From Candidatus Magasanikbacteria bacterium RIFCSPHIGHO2_01_FULL_33_34 (lineage in GTDB: Bacteria; Patescibacteriota; Patescibacteriia; Magasanikbacterales; UBA922), in contig MFPS01000007.1 in assembly GCA_001782825.1 (NCBI GenBank), forward strand, positions 148,487-212,486: DNA of 64,000 nucleotides. Direction: 5' to 3'. A program made the translations under genes and the position numbers. Of the stretch, positions 1-9,112 are shown piece after piece (positions within the stretch are counted from its first letter, which is position 1; each line of letters starts with the position of its first letter). The notes under the pieces were generated by a model, which saw only the letters and a list, made by a program, of their open reading frames with translations, was not told the DNA's origin and ran no database searches.

Positions 1-2874
1 AAATTCTGTTTCTATTGCAGTGCCATCAACATTTTCAATAGTAACTGGATCAGTTGTTACAGTAACATCCAGTTTACTATAAATTCTTTTGGTAATATCA
101 CTATCATCCATCGTACCCATCACATATCTATTGGATTTATTATCAAAAACTACTGCCACATTATCATTTGGTCCTTTTATAAGTACTTCTTGACCAAATC
201 CATTGGTTTTGTCATTTTCAATGAGCCATGCTGCGCGATTTAATTCCTTGGTAGTTATTTTGGTATAGTCCCCATCATGAGCTTGCACAATTTTGTCTAC
301 ACCTTTTATATGTTGATAAGCCTGCAAATGTTCTGGATTGGCATGCAAATCACGCTGTAAAACATGGGTAACACCCTCACCTTTATGAACCAAAGAATCA
401 TAATGTTCCTCTTTGAATTTCTCCGGTGTCATTTTTTCTACCACGGACTCAACACTTGTGGTAGCTGGAGTTGTATCATTAACTATCGGGGCTGTATCTG
501 GTGTAGTATCTGGAATCTTTATATTATCTTCTGGTATAGCCAATCTTCCAACACCAGCAACACTTTCATCTGGTGCATTGCCAAAATAATGTTCATATAA
601 ACTCATTACCCCAGAGCCACCTTTTCTGATCAATTTTCCTACCAAACCTGAAACAGCCACGACTCCGATTGCGCCAGCTACAACTTTTCTTTTCGTTCGC
701 CCAGATCGTAAATCTTTTAATTCTTTTTCCAATTCATCATCTGCCTTTTTCATACTACTATCCAAAAAAGCATTGCTATCTTTTTTTTCTATTGTTTCAT
801 CTACAACATACTCTTGAGCATGTCTTTTTTTATACTCAGTTTGAAGTAATTTATAATTTTCAAAATATTTACTTGTCTGTAATTTTACCCCATCCATAAC
901 TACTACACCTTCAATAGTCCTCATTCTCTTTGATATATCTTCATCAGACAATTTTTCTATTTCTTCTTTACTCATTGGTTTTAGTAATCCTTTTGATTCT
1001 TTTCTGGCTTTTGACAAATTATCCATAAAATCATAACTCAAACCACTGGACCCGACAAACCTAAAAGCGCCAGCTAAAGCAATACCAGCAAAACCAGCTA
1101 ATGTAGAGGCAGCAAATGCACCTGTTCTCACTGACAACATTCTAGTTACGGTCTTGCCAAACCAACTCATTTTTTCAATTTCTCTCTTGCCAAATTTTGT
1201 TTTACTAACAAGATTAGCCAAATTCAATTCACCAAGTTTCTTATAAAACGCCATGGCTTTTGCCCAACCTTTTTCTAATTTTGTGTCTTTTGTAATGTCT
1301 TCCACTTCTGCTTCTACAACGCTTATTTGTTCATCCAAAGCTTTTTCAATACTAGCTCCAACATACTCTGCCCTCGCCTCTCTATATTCTACTTCTGCTC
1401 TAGCAAAATTAGTTTCAATATCAGCTATTTTTTTTCTTGAAAAAATCCGACCAACTCTTGTAAAGGCATCATCCTTTGTTTCATATAATTTTTTTGCTTG
1501 TATATATGCTTTTCTTTTTTCTTCCAAATTTTCTTTGAGTTGATTTAATCTTTTGTATTCATCTATAACATCAGCAGAAATAATTCTATGAGATTGTGGC
1601 TCAACAAAAGTTTTTTCTGTATCTATATTGTCTTCTAATACAACCGGTTTGCCATCAGATATTTCATTTTCAGATGTTTTATTTTTAGATGTTTCCACTC
1701 CCAAAGATGGAGTTGGTTGAGTTTGTTCAAAAGGATTGATTGGATACTTATTTGTATCTACTTGTTCTTCAACTACTGCCATTGGTACTTCATCGCTATC
1801 TTTATCATCTACTCTTGAAGTAGGATAAACTCTTCTAGGAGGTTCTTCTGGTTCTACAAATTCTGGTACAGCGTCCACTTCTGGTGCAATTTCTTCCACA
1901 GACAATACATCCACATTAGGTATTGCAGTTCTTTGTGTATCTTCATTTATTTCACCATTTACTACCACAGATTCTGCATCTACTGGTAATTCAGTTCTAT
2001 CAGTTGCCTCATCTAATACTGATTGAGCAACTACTGGTTCAGCTTTATTAAATATTTCTTCATTTAAAATTTCTTTAACCTGTTTTTTTAATTCTTCTAA
2101 ACTTAATCTACTGGCACCCATAGCTAAACCAAGTAACTTCCTCTCTACAGTTTTGATTTTTTCAAATCCATATTTAACAATAAAATCAGCAGAAGTATTA
2201 TTTACAAACTCATTCAATATAATATCTGTAGCTTCCCTAGCATTTCCTGTTTCATTCCACACATTATCTATATATTTTTCAAACTGATCTGGTTGTTCTG
2301 GAAATGCTCTTGTAGAAGTTTTTATTTCTAAAGCTGATTCTGGTTCAACTGGGATTTCTACTTTATCAGTTTTATCAACAACATTTTGCTCTGAACCTTT
2401 TACTAAAATATTTTGATCAGGTAATTTACCTCTTAAACTTTCTAAAATAGCCTTATTTTTACTATTATCTCCTAATGTTACTGATAATTTTTTATCTTCA
2501 TTTGTATCACTCACCGCTTTTGGTTCTTCATCATCCAATAATAAATCACCATACTCATCTATTACAGTATTATATTTATCTTCAATAACTTTTAGTCTAT
2601 TTTGTAAATCCCCTAATCTTTTTTTAGCATTATCAATATCCGGATCTTCAAAACCTTTTATTTCTTCTAATAAATCAGACACTTCTTTCAATAAATTATC
2701 TAAATCTATTTTTTTCTCTCTGATATCCTTTCCATGTTCAGCGATAACACTCTCCATCTCTGCCTTTAGACCTAATAATTTTCCTTCTATAGGACGAACT
2801 TCAACATCAATAGGACTATTACCAACCTCTGTTGGCAAATCAATATTTGGTTTTTTTATATTGTCATCACTCAT
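1..2874 (-). CDS. Large (>957 aa, C-terminus beyond window) coiled-coil-rich hypothetical protein with two hydrophobic segments in its C-proximal half; third gene of a 3-gene minus-strand operon
   Basis: Manual translation of minus strand from ATG (rc of 2872-2874) gives an uninterrupted E/K-rich frame to position 1. Spot-checked codons at 2700-2760 are in frame (…AEMESVIAEHGKDIREKKIDL…). Absent from the ORF track because no stop falls inside the window. Confidence 0.55.
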   Translation of the reverse strand, partial: MSDDNIKKPNIDLPTEVGNSPIDVEVRPIEGKLLGLKAEMESVIAEHGKDIREKKIDLDNLLKEVSDLLEEIKGFEDPDIDNAKKRLGDLQNRLKVIEDKYNTVIDEYGDLLLDDEEPKAVSDTNEDKKLSVTLGDNSKNKAILESLRGKLPDQNILVKGSEQNVVDKTDKVEIPVEPESALEIKTSTRAFPEQPDQFEKYIDNVWNETGNAREATDIILNEFVNNTSADFIVKYGFEKIKTVERKLLGLAMGASRLSLEELKKQVKEILNEEIFNKAEPVVAQSVLDEATDRTELPVDAESVVVNGEINEDTQRTAIPNVDVLSVEEIAPEVDAVPEFVEPEEPPRRVYPTSRVDDKDSDEVPMAVVEEQVDTNKYPINPFEQTQPTPSLGVETSKNKTSENEISDGKPVVLEDNIDTEKTFVEPQSHRIISADVIDEYKRLNQLKENLEEKRKAYIQAKKLYETKDDAFTRVGRIFSRKKIADIETNFARAEVEYREARAEYVGASIEKALDEQISVVEAEVEDITKDTKLEKGWAKAMAFYKKLGELNLANLVSKTKFGKREIEKMSWFGKTVTRMLSVRTGAFAASTLAGFAGIALAGAFRFVGSSGLSYDFMDNLSKARKESKGLLKPMSKEEIEKLSDEDISKRMRTIEGVVVMDGVKLQTSKYFENYKLLQTEYKKRHAQEYVVDETIEKKDSNAFLDSSMKKADDELEKELKDLRSGRTKRKVVAGAIGVVAVSGLVGKLIRKGGSGVMSLYEHYFGNAPDESVAGVGRLAIPEDNIKIPDTTPDTAPIVNDTTPATTSVESVVEKMTPEKFKEEHYDSLVHKGEGVTHVLQRDLHANPEHLQAYQHIKGVDKIVQAHDGDYTKITTKELNRAAWLIENDKTNGFGQEVLIKGPNDNVAVVFDNKSNRYVMGTMDDSDITKRIYSKLDVTVTTDPVTIENVDGTAIETEF

Positions 2875-2875
2875 A

Positions 2876-3079
2876 TTATTGATGCTTATTAATTATGTCT
2901 TCTAAAATATTTTTTGTTTTTACTTTATCTACAATTTCTCTTACTTTATTTTTCAATTCTTTTCCTTCAATTTCCAAAAGCTCCAGCTCTTTATAAATTC
3001 TCTTATAAATGTCAGCAATTTCTTGCTGTTTGAATATCTCATCCTTGGTTAATGGTTTTGTTTTTTTGGCTGGTGACAT
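2876..3079 (-). CDS. Hypothetical 67-aa K/E-rich helical protein
   Basis: ORF track; 2-nt gap to downstream large ORF, same strand. Confidence 0.4.
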   Translation of the reverse strand: MSPAKKTKPLTKDEIFKQQEIADIYKRIYKELELLEIEGKELKNKVREIVDKVKTKNILEDIINKHQ

Positions 3080-3092
3080 AAAAATTTACCCC

Positions 3093-3404
3093 TTAAACAC
3101 CCAAACTAGCTGTATTAGCTTTCAATTCTTGTTTTAAATTATTGGTCTCTTCTTCAATCAGCCCAGCCATATCAATATTGTGTTTATCCAATATTGTTTG
3201 CACTACTCCATCATCATTATTATCAGTTGCTTCAACAAATTTTTCTTTTTCTTCTAATCCAAGCTTTTTTAAAATATTTAAAGCAATACGTTTTTGCACT
3301 AATTCTCCCATCTTTTTGAGCATGGCAATTTTTCTCTCGTCTGGCAATGATCCAATCCCAAGTACTTCAATTAAATTTTCATTTATTAAATCTTGATTTG
3401 TCAT
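3093..3404 (-). CDS. Hypothetical 103-aa acidic protein
   Basis: ORF track; first gene of the 3-gene operon; repeat element R1 sits 50 nt upstream. Confidence 0.45.
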   Translation of the reverse strand: MTNQDLINENLIEVLGIGSLPDERKIAMLKKMGELVQKRIALNILKKLGLEEKEKFVEATDNNDDGVVQTILDKHNIDMAGLIEEETNNLKQELKANTASLGV

Positions 3405-3455
3405 ATTGATTATAATTTTATTTGTAAAAATTAAAAGTGTTATTTACAATTAAGT

Positions 3456-3555
3456 ATTAATTCCAATTATTTATTTTTACTCATTCTCGCCTCGGCTCTG
3501 AGGGTGATGCCTGTTGAGGCATCAAATCCGTAAAAATAAATAATTGGAATTAATA
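3456..3555 (-). repeat. Nested palindromic intergenic element, copy R1 (subfamily A); core 3481-3529 in minus orientation
   Basis: Arms ttaattccaattatttatttttac / gtaaaaataaataattggaattaa enclose the core. Core reverse-complement: GGATTTGATGCCTCAACAGGCATCACCCTCAGAGCCGAGGCGAGAATGA. Outer flanks homologous to R3/R7. Confidence 0.8.
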
Positions 3556-3590
3556 TAATCATAATTTAAAATACATATATAACTTACATT

Positions 3591-4706
3591 TTATTTAATT
3601 AAAACTTTATTTTTGCCAATCTCTATATCAAATTCTTGTCCATCACGATAAACGGCTACATTAAACTTATCAGGCGACAACAAAACTTGTCTGGCCAAAT
3701 CTTCTGTTTTTAATGGTTGATTTTGAATCCTAGTTATTACATCTCCAACACCAATAGTACTAGAAGTAACTTTTGTATTTGATTTATCAACATAAAATCC
3801 AGATACTCGCTTGGTTAGCCCACCATAATTCACATAACCATTAACCATATATCCTGTCCACTCCACCGCTCGATAATCTGGCGCGCCAGATTGTAAAATT
3901 GATGCATATTGACTATCCACTAACCATCCATAAATCACCCTACCATCATTATCCACCATTCCCATCATCTCCCCTTTTTCATTTACCAATATATTACCAA
4001 CTTCAAAATCATCTTTGATTAAATAAAATAATTGTGGTTGCCATATTTTGTATTCCAAATTATTCAAAGCTAAATCTTTTTCAAAATTATATTGTTGATA
4101 TTCTGTCAAAGACACCCCCCATACTATTTCATTGTTACCAATATCATTCCAATTTGCAAAAGAAATAAATGGGAAACCATCACCATCAAACTTTATATAA
4201 GTTAAATTACTTACAGTGTCCACAAATACTTTTTCAATATTGTAAATTGTTCCTTGATAATCAACCCCTTCCCAAAACTTTTCATCCCCTTTGCGATAAT
4301 CTGGCACATAAGCCACTGCCCAACCATCTGAACTAAACATAACTGACTGATATTTGTTGGCAGAATCAGCATAAAATTGTTTGTTTATTTTATCCCGAGT
4401 ATCATATACATACCAAAGCCTCTTTTTAACACTATTTAATACTGATAAATCGACCTCAACTACTTCAGTATTATTTGTTTTTTGTGAACTAACTAAAGTG
4501 GGATCAGGGACAAATGAAGGCGCAAACCAAACCAAAGTAGATAAAGTCAAAGAAACACTAGACAAGCCAGCTACAAAAACCAAAAACAAAAGCCACCAAA
4601 CTGATTTGAAAGTTCTATGTGCCTGTAAATCACAGGCTTTAGCTGGCAAATGTGGTGGACTATTTTCCATAATATATAATATATTTAACAGATTACTATA
4701 CACCAA
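3591..4706 (-). CDS. Membrane-anchored protein with C-terminal PDZ domain (no recognisable Ser-protease catalytic motif)
   Basis: N-terminal TM segment; C-terminal TIGVGDVITRIQNQPLKTEDLARQVLL…VAVYRDGQEFDIEI is PDZ-like; GDSGG motif absent. Confidence 0.5.
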   Translation of the reverse strand: MVYSNLLNILYIMENSPPHLPAKACDLQAHRTFKSVWWLLFLVFVAGLSSVSLTLSTLVWFAPSFVPDPTLVSSQKTNNTEVVEVDLSVLNSVKKRLWYVYDTRDKINKQFYADSANKYQSVMFSSDGWAVAYVPDYRKGDEKFWEGVDYQGTIYNIEKVFVDTVSNLTYIKFDGDGFPFISFANWNDIGNNEIVWGVSLTEYQQYNFEKDLALNNLEYKIWQPQLFYLIKDDFEVGNILVNEKGEMMGMVDNDGRVIYGWLVDSQYASILQSGAPDYRAVEWTGYMVNGYVNYGGLTKRVSGFYVDKSNTKVTSSTIGVGDVITRIQNQPLKTEDLARQVLLSPDKFNVAVYRDGQEFDIEIGKNKVLIK

Positions 4707-4736
4707 ATATCAAATTTAATCAAGTCCAGAATAAAA

Positions 4737-5519
4737 TCATACCCATCTTACAAAAAATAATATCAGTATAATAAACATAATTGTATTAATCCCCAAAAAC
4801 CAAATTTGTTTTTTCCATATAACACCATTGGGACTAAAATGAAATCTAGTAAGCAATTGAAGAATATACCATAACCAAGTCAAGAAAAAACCTGAGACCA
4901 AATAACCAAACGGAAGAAAATGCATTACCCATATTAATTCTATCATTAAAAACCCAATTAAAAAAGCCCAAATTAACCATTGTTTGCGAACAAGTTGAAA
5001 ATACATCTTCCAAATCATTATTGAAATTGCTGAAAAAACTACACCACCAAAAATAGCCAATAACCAAAATGGAATATCTGGGAAAAATAAACTCAATGCA
5101 AAAATTGTAGAGATTATGGCAAATGCATCAAATGACCAGATAACCACCATTATTCTACGATAAGGCTTTTGTTCTATTTGCAAAAAACTATCCTCACTAA
5201 AAAGTGCTTGAAACAACAGCAATACAACAAAACCAATCAAAAAAGTAAAAAATGGTTTAAGAAATGGCCACTCAACAATACTCACCAGACTCAAAAAAGA
5301 AAAAATTGTAATCAAAATTATAGGCAAAAGAGTTTGTTTCTTTTTATTTATTTTTCTTATTCTCCATTCAAAAAATACAATCAAAAAAATCCATAATGGT
5401 ACCAAAATAAAAAAAACTAATCTACTTTGATATTTGGTAATAAAAAAAAGAAAAAAACTACTAAAAATGGCTGGAGTAATTGAAATTATATTTTTTAATT
5501 GCTTTGACATAATTATCAA
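4737..5519 (-). CDS. Polytopic integral membrane protein, unknown function
   Basis: ORF track; at least 6 hydrophobic helices; 4-nt overlap with upstream gene. Confidence 0.5.
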   Translation of the reverse strand: MIIMSKQLKNIISITPAIFSSFFLFFITKYQSRLVFFILVPLWIFLIVFFEWRIRKINKKKQTLLPIILITIFSFLSLVSIVEWPFLKPFFTFLIGFVVLLLFQALFSEDSFLQIEQKPYRRIMVVIWSFDAFAIISTIFALSLFFPDIPFWLLAIFGGVVFSAISIMIWKMYFQLVRKQWLIWAFLIGFLMIELIWVMHFLPFGYLVSGFFLTWLWYILQLLTRFHFSPNGVIWKKQIWFLGINTIMFIILILFFVRWV

Positions 5520-5968
5520 GTCTTCGCAAGATTTTCAATAATCTTTTGATTTTCATCTTTTAATTCTATAATTGCTGAAATAACTTTTGCTTTTAATTCT
5601 TGTTCACTCAAATCTGATTGCTCTAACAATCTATTAACTTCCAACATTTTCTGCAAATGCAAATCCATCAGATCATTTGGTACAAAAAAATCAAAAAAAC
5701 TATTTTCTGATATTAATACTATATCTTCTCTGCTTTCAACTTCCTCCAATCTAGCAATAATTCTTTCCATAGTTTTCTTGTATGAAGTAGTTATTTCCTC
5801 TTGGCTTCGCAATACTTTCACTTCTACATCTGTCTCTGAAGCCTTTTGGCCAGCATTTTTTGTGTCATTTAATTTGTTAAAGACAATCAACCCCAATACC
5901 AAAATTATAACCAAAATAACTGCAACTAAACCAATTTTTTGTTTTGAATTATACCTTGCCAAAAACAT
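5516..5968 (-). CDS. Single-pass membrane-anchored hypothetical protein
   Basis: ORF track; N-terminal TM (LVAVILVIILVLGLIVF). Confidence 0.45.
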   Translation of the reverse strand: MFLARYNSKQKIGLVAVILVIILVLGLIVFNKLNDTKNAGQKASETDVEVKVLRSQEEITTSYKKTMERIIARLEEVESREDIVLISENSFFDFFVPNDLMDLHLQKMLEVNRLLEQSDLSEQELKAKVISAIIELKDENQKIIENLAKT

Positions 5969-6053
5969 AAAAAAATGATAAAAATATACTAATTAATCTA
6001 CAAATAGTGTACACTATTAATGACATTTAATCAATTTGATATAATGCGCAGAT

Positions 6054-6500
6054 ATGCCAGTCTATTCAGTAAACAAAAAAGCCAAATTTGACTTCGAGCT
6101 CTTGGAGACTTTTGAGGCTGGCTTGATATTGAATGGGATTGAAGTAAAATCAATTAGAAGTGGCCAAGCCAGCTTAAAAGGCGCTTTTGTAACTTTTCAT
6201 AACGAGGCTGCTTTTATTACAAATTTTCACATTCCAAAGTACAAATTTTCTGGTAAAGTAGAAAATTATGAACCAGAACGTAGCCGAAAACTCTTATTAA
6301 ATCGCAAAGAAATCAGTTATTTAAGAGGAAAATCACAAGAAAAGGGCTTGACAATTGTCCCTATTTCACTGTATACTAAAGGTCGTCATATAAAAGTAGA
6401 ATTAGCCGTAGCTAGAGGTAAGAAAAAATATGACAAAAGAGAAGCTATCAAGAAAAAAGACTTAAAGCGAGAGCTAAGTCACAAGATAAAAGAAGGATAG
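6054..6500 (+). CDS. smpB: SsrA-binding protein SmpB
   Basis: Full-length SmpB-like sequence (…LILNGIEVKSIRSGQASLKGAFV…); tmRNA gene immediately downstream. Confidence 0.9.
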   Translation: MPVYSVNKKAKFDFELLETFEAGLILNGIEVKSIRSGQASLKGAFVTFHNEAAFITNFHIPKYKFSGKVENYEPERSRKLLLNRKEISYLRGKSQEKGLTIVPISLYTKGRHIKVELAVARGKKKYDKREAIKKKDLKRELSHKIKEG

Positions 6501-6518
6501 TTGCACCTTACAATAAAT

Positions 6519-6926
6519 GGGGATGACAGGCTTCGATAGTCGGAGTCGTTATCTAAATGGGCATATCGAGCTTGCATATCTCGTAAAACTAGGCAAACTT
6601 TTACGTGCAAACGTATTAAGCCGTGCAAAGAACGCACTTGCTCGCGCATTTGCTGTTCCTTCATTGGCTCCTGTTGTTGCTTAAATTCAACAACCATCAC
6701 TCCCCTCATACTCGATAAGGGAATCGTGGTGTAAATCATCGAGCGTAAAAATATGTTCCTTCCGCGTGCATATTTTGACAATATAGCGGATATACCTTTA
6801 GGATAATTTTTGCTGTTTTTAATCTAAAGATTAAATCTCGTTTCGGCGAGACAAAAATCAGCTAATTATGTAGAACATTTATTTAACCCGATATAGACCC
6901 GAGTTCAATTCTCGGCATCTCCACCA
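6519..6926 (+). ncRNA. ssrA: tmRNA (ssrA)
   Basis: 5' GGGGATG pairs with 3' CATCTCC-A-CCA, including the G3·U70 wobble. T-arm cccgag/TTCAATT/ctcgg. Internal tag ORF ends …SLAPVVA-TAA. Canonical position after smpB. Confidence 0.85.
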
Positions 6927-7018
6927 AAAATGCAAACCAGTAAACTATGTTAAGCTAAATAGTCAGACCCGAGTTTCAGCCAAAGGCTAACATCTCCACT
7001 TAGTAATCAAATTCATTT

Positions 7019-7570
7019 ATGCGAATTTCACGCAAAAAAAGACCAGACAAACCACTCATACCTCATTACAACCTAAATGAGCGTATTAAGGTTGAAAAAC
7101 TTCGTCTTTTGGATGCTGAAGGAAAAAATATTGGTGTATTCTCCACTCCTGAAGCAATTGCGCTTGCCCAAGAACAAGAACTTGATTTGGTAGAAATTAA
7201 TCCAAAAGCTGATCCACCAGTTGCCAAATTAATTGATTTTGCCAAATTCAAATATCAAAAAGAAAAAGAAATACGAAAACAAAAAAGTAGTTCTCATGTA
7301 AGCGATATCAAAGGTGTACGATTGTCTATCAGAATTAGCGAACATGATATGAATATACGCTTAACCCAAGCCGTAAAATTTATTGAACGTGGAGATAAAG
7401 TCAAACCTGAAATACTCCTAAAAGGCAGAGAAAATGCTAGACCAGAGTTTGCCTTTGATGTCATCAAAAAATTCTTTACATTATTAAATGAAAAAATAAA
7501 AGTTAAATACGAACAAGATCCTACAAAACAAGGCAATAAAATTACTTCCATCATCATAAAACTGACTTAA
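7019..7570 (+). CDS. infC: Translation initiation factor IF-3
   Basis: IF3 N- and C-domain motifs (…INERIKVEKLRLLDAEGKNIGV…, …RLSIRISEHDMNIRLTQAVKFIERGDKVK…); true start may be a non-AUG codon nearby. Confidence 0.9.
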   Translation: MRISRKKRPDKPLIPHYNLNERIKVEKLRLLDAEGKNIGVFSTPEAIALAQEQELDLVEINPKADPPVAKLIDFAKFKYQKEKEIRKQKSSSHVSDIKGVRLSIRISEHDMNIRLTQAVKFIERGDKVKPEILLKGRENARPEFAFDVIKKFFTLLNEKIKVKYEQDPTKQGNKITSIIIKLT

Positions 7571-7667
7571 ACTAAATAAAAAATTTATTATCATTAAATC
7601 TTTTTTATTAACTTGACAAAAATCACATTATAGTATAGACTATCACCCATTGAATAATAATACATAT

Positions 7668-7874
7668 ATGCCAAAATTAAAAACACATAAAGCAACGGCT
7701 AAAAGATTTCAAATAAAAAAAAGTAAAAAAGGAATCACAATCCTAAAACGCAATGATGGACAAGACCATTTCAACTCTAGAGAAAGTGGTAAAACAAAAA
7801 GAAATAAAAAAACAGACAATACCATGTCTAGAACAATGAAAAAAACTATTCTAAGAGCAATGCCACATAATTAA
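7668..7874 (+). CDS. rpmI: Ribosomal protein L35
   Basis: MPKLKTHKATAKRFQIKKSKKG… matches bL35 N-terminus; start moved to the internal MPKLK codon of the track ORF. Confidence 0.8.
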   Translation: MPKLKTHKATAKRFQIKKSKKGITILKRNDGQDHFNSRESGKTKRNKKTDNTMSRTMKKTILRAMPHN

Positions 7875-7987
7875 CCAGTTCATAGCCAATAGTTCATAGC
7901 CAATAAATTCAATATAACGATTTTGGGTTAATGAACACAAAAATAACTTCTATTGGCTCCGAACTATAAACTAAGAACTATAATAAT

Positions 7988-8332
7988 ATGCCAAGAGTAA
8001 AAAGAGGCGTTGGACACGTCAAAAAAAGACGTAATCTGATGAAAAGAGTAAAAGGTTTTGAAGCTGGTAGAAAAAATCTTATCAAACTTGCAAAAACTGC
8101 TGACACAAAAGCTGGGGCTCACGCATTTAGAGACAGACGTCGTAAAAAAGGAGAATTTCGTCGTGTATGGCAAATACGAATAAACGCTGCTGTCCGTGAG
8201 TTTGGATTAAACTACAGTAAATTTATCGGTGGATTGAAAACCAAAAACATAAAATTAGACAGAAAAGTTCTAGCAGAAATCGCCGCAACAGAACCAAAAG
8301 TCTTCAAAAAAATCGTAGAACTTGTAAAATAA
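7988..8332 (+). CDS. rplT: Ribosomal protein L20
   Basis: MPRVKRGVGHVKKRRNLMKRVKGF…FRDRRRKK… is canonical bL20; infC-rpmI-rplT order conserved. Confidence 0.95.
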   Translation: MPRVKRGVGHVKKRRNLMKRVKGFEAGRKNLIKLAKTADTKAGAHAFRDRRRKKGEFRRVWQIRINAAVREFGLNYSKFIGGLKTKNIKLDRKVLAEIAATEPKVFKKIVELVK

Positions 8333-8340
8333 CTTAAATC

Positions 8341-8420
8341 AAGACCCTCAGAATGTTTGGCGGAAGCCGGAGCCCCCCCTCCTTGGCTCCAGTCGCTACT
8401 GCCGAACATTTTGAGGGTCT
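8341..8420 (+). terminator. Long imperfect hairpin (~22-bp outer stem) with nested GC-rich hairpin, immediately after rplT; candidate terminator or attenuator
   Basis: aagaccctcagaatgtttggcgg … ccgaacattttgagggtctt followed by a T-run; inner ggagccccccctccttggctcc. Confidence 0.5.
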
Positions 8421-8447
8421 TTTTTATTTTTACAAATTTACAATAAA

Positions 8448-8547
8448 ATTAAAATATGATTCATTCTGAACGGATTTGTTTGGCACAACAGCCAAACACC
8501 TCGGAGCCCAAGGCGATAATGAGTGAAGAATGAATCATATTTTAATT
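8448..8547 (+). repeat. Nested palindromic intergenic element, copy R2 (divergent subfamily C); core 8472-8522
   Basis: Arms aattaaaatatgattcattc / gaatgaatcatattttaatt. Core GGATTTGTTTGGCACAACAGCCAAACACCTCGGAGCCCAAGGCGATAATGA. Apical hairpin GTTTGGC/GCCAAAC carries compensatory changes relative to GGTTGCC/GGCAACC of subfamily B. Confidence 0.8.
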
Positions 8548-8580
8548 TGTTGTAACATACATGATATAATTGTAATCACT

Positions 8581-9057
8581 ATGTTAAGAAAATTTGTCCA
8601 AAAATTAAACTATAATAGAAGCAACAGCATAACCAAAATAAAATTCAAAATATCGCCTGAAGCTAAAAGACTAGCTAAAAAATTATTTGAAAATAAATCT
8701 GAAAAATATAGACAAAATATTGGTGATGAGTTATTGGATGAACTAGCTGATATGGCAAAAATCGATATTGTTAACCTCAAGATATCCGACAAAAATCAAT
8801 ATCACAAAAAAAGAAATGGACGAGTATCATCCAAACAATATGGTTATTACAAACCCGGTAGCAAATACATCTACATACACAATAGAACTGCTGTCAGAGG
8901 TCAAATATTAGCTAATAAGACCTTCCTAGACACACTTCTACACGAATGGATGCATCATTATGATTTCTGTAAATTACATTTAAACTCAATCCATACAGCT
9001 GGATTTTATGCCAGACTCAAAGATCTCAAAACAAAACTGGGCTGGCTAGAATTATAG
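8581..9057 (+). CDS. Hypothetical protein with SprT-like HExxH zinc-metallopeptidase-like motif (HEWMHH…H)
   Basis: Track ORF 8530-9057; its first 17 codons lie inside repeat R2, so start moved to MLRKF (8581); motif TLLHEWMHHYDFCKLHLNSIHTAGFY. Confidence 0.4.
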   Translation: MLRKFVQKLNYNRSNSITKIKFKISPEAKRLAKKLFENKSEKYRQNIGDELLDELADMAKIDIVNLKISDKNQYHKKRNGRVSSKQYGYYKPGSKYIYIHNRTAVRGQILANKTFLDTLLHEWMHHYDFCKLHLNSIHTAGFYARLKDLKTKLGWLEL

Positions 9058-9083
9058 CCAAAGTCTCTTTATTACAAACGGGG

Positions 9084-9112
9084 TTGACAACTATCCTAAA
9101 ATCTTGTATTAT
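9084..9112 (+). promoter_or_regulatory. Near-consensus sigma70-type promoter TTGACA-N17-TATTAT upstream of a 43-aa basic ORF and tRNA-Asp
   Basis: TTGACA at 9084-9089, 17-nt spacer, TATTAT at 9107-9112. Confidence 0.5.

Noticed and set aside
364-1543. Plus-strand ORFs 364-600, 669-899, 1253-1543
   Set aside because: They are antisense to the continuous large minus-strand ORF that runs 2874 down to 1, and are low-complexity (F/L/S-rich).
6479-6781. 100-aa minus-strand ORF
   Set aside because: It lies entirely within the tmRNA gene, whose acceptor and T-arm structure and G3·U70 pair are unambiguous.
8530-8580. Track start codon of the SprT-like ORF at 8530
   Set aside because: The first 17 codons are read out of repeat element R2 (MNHILICCNIHDIIVIT). 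The more plausible start is the internal Met at 8581.
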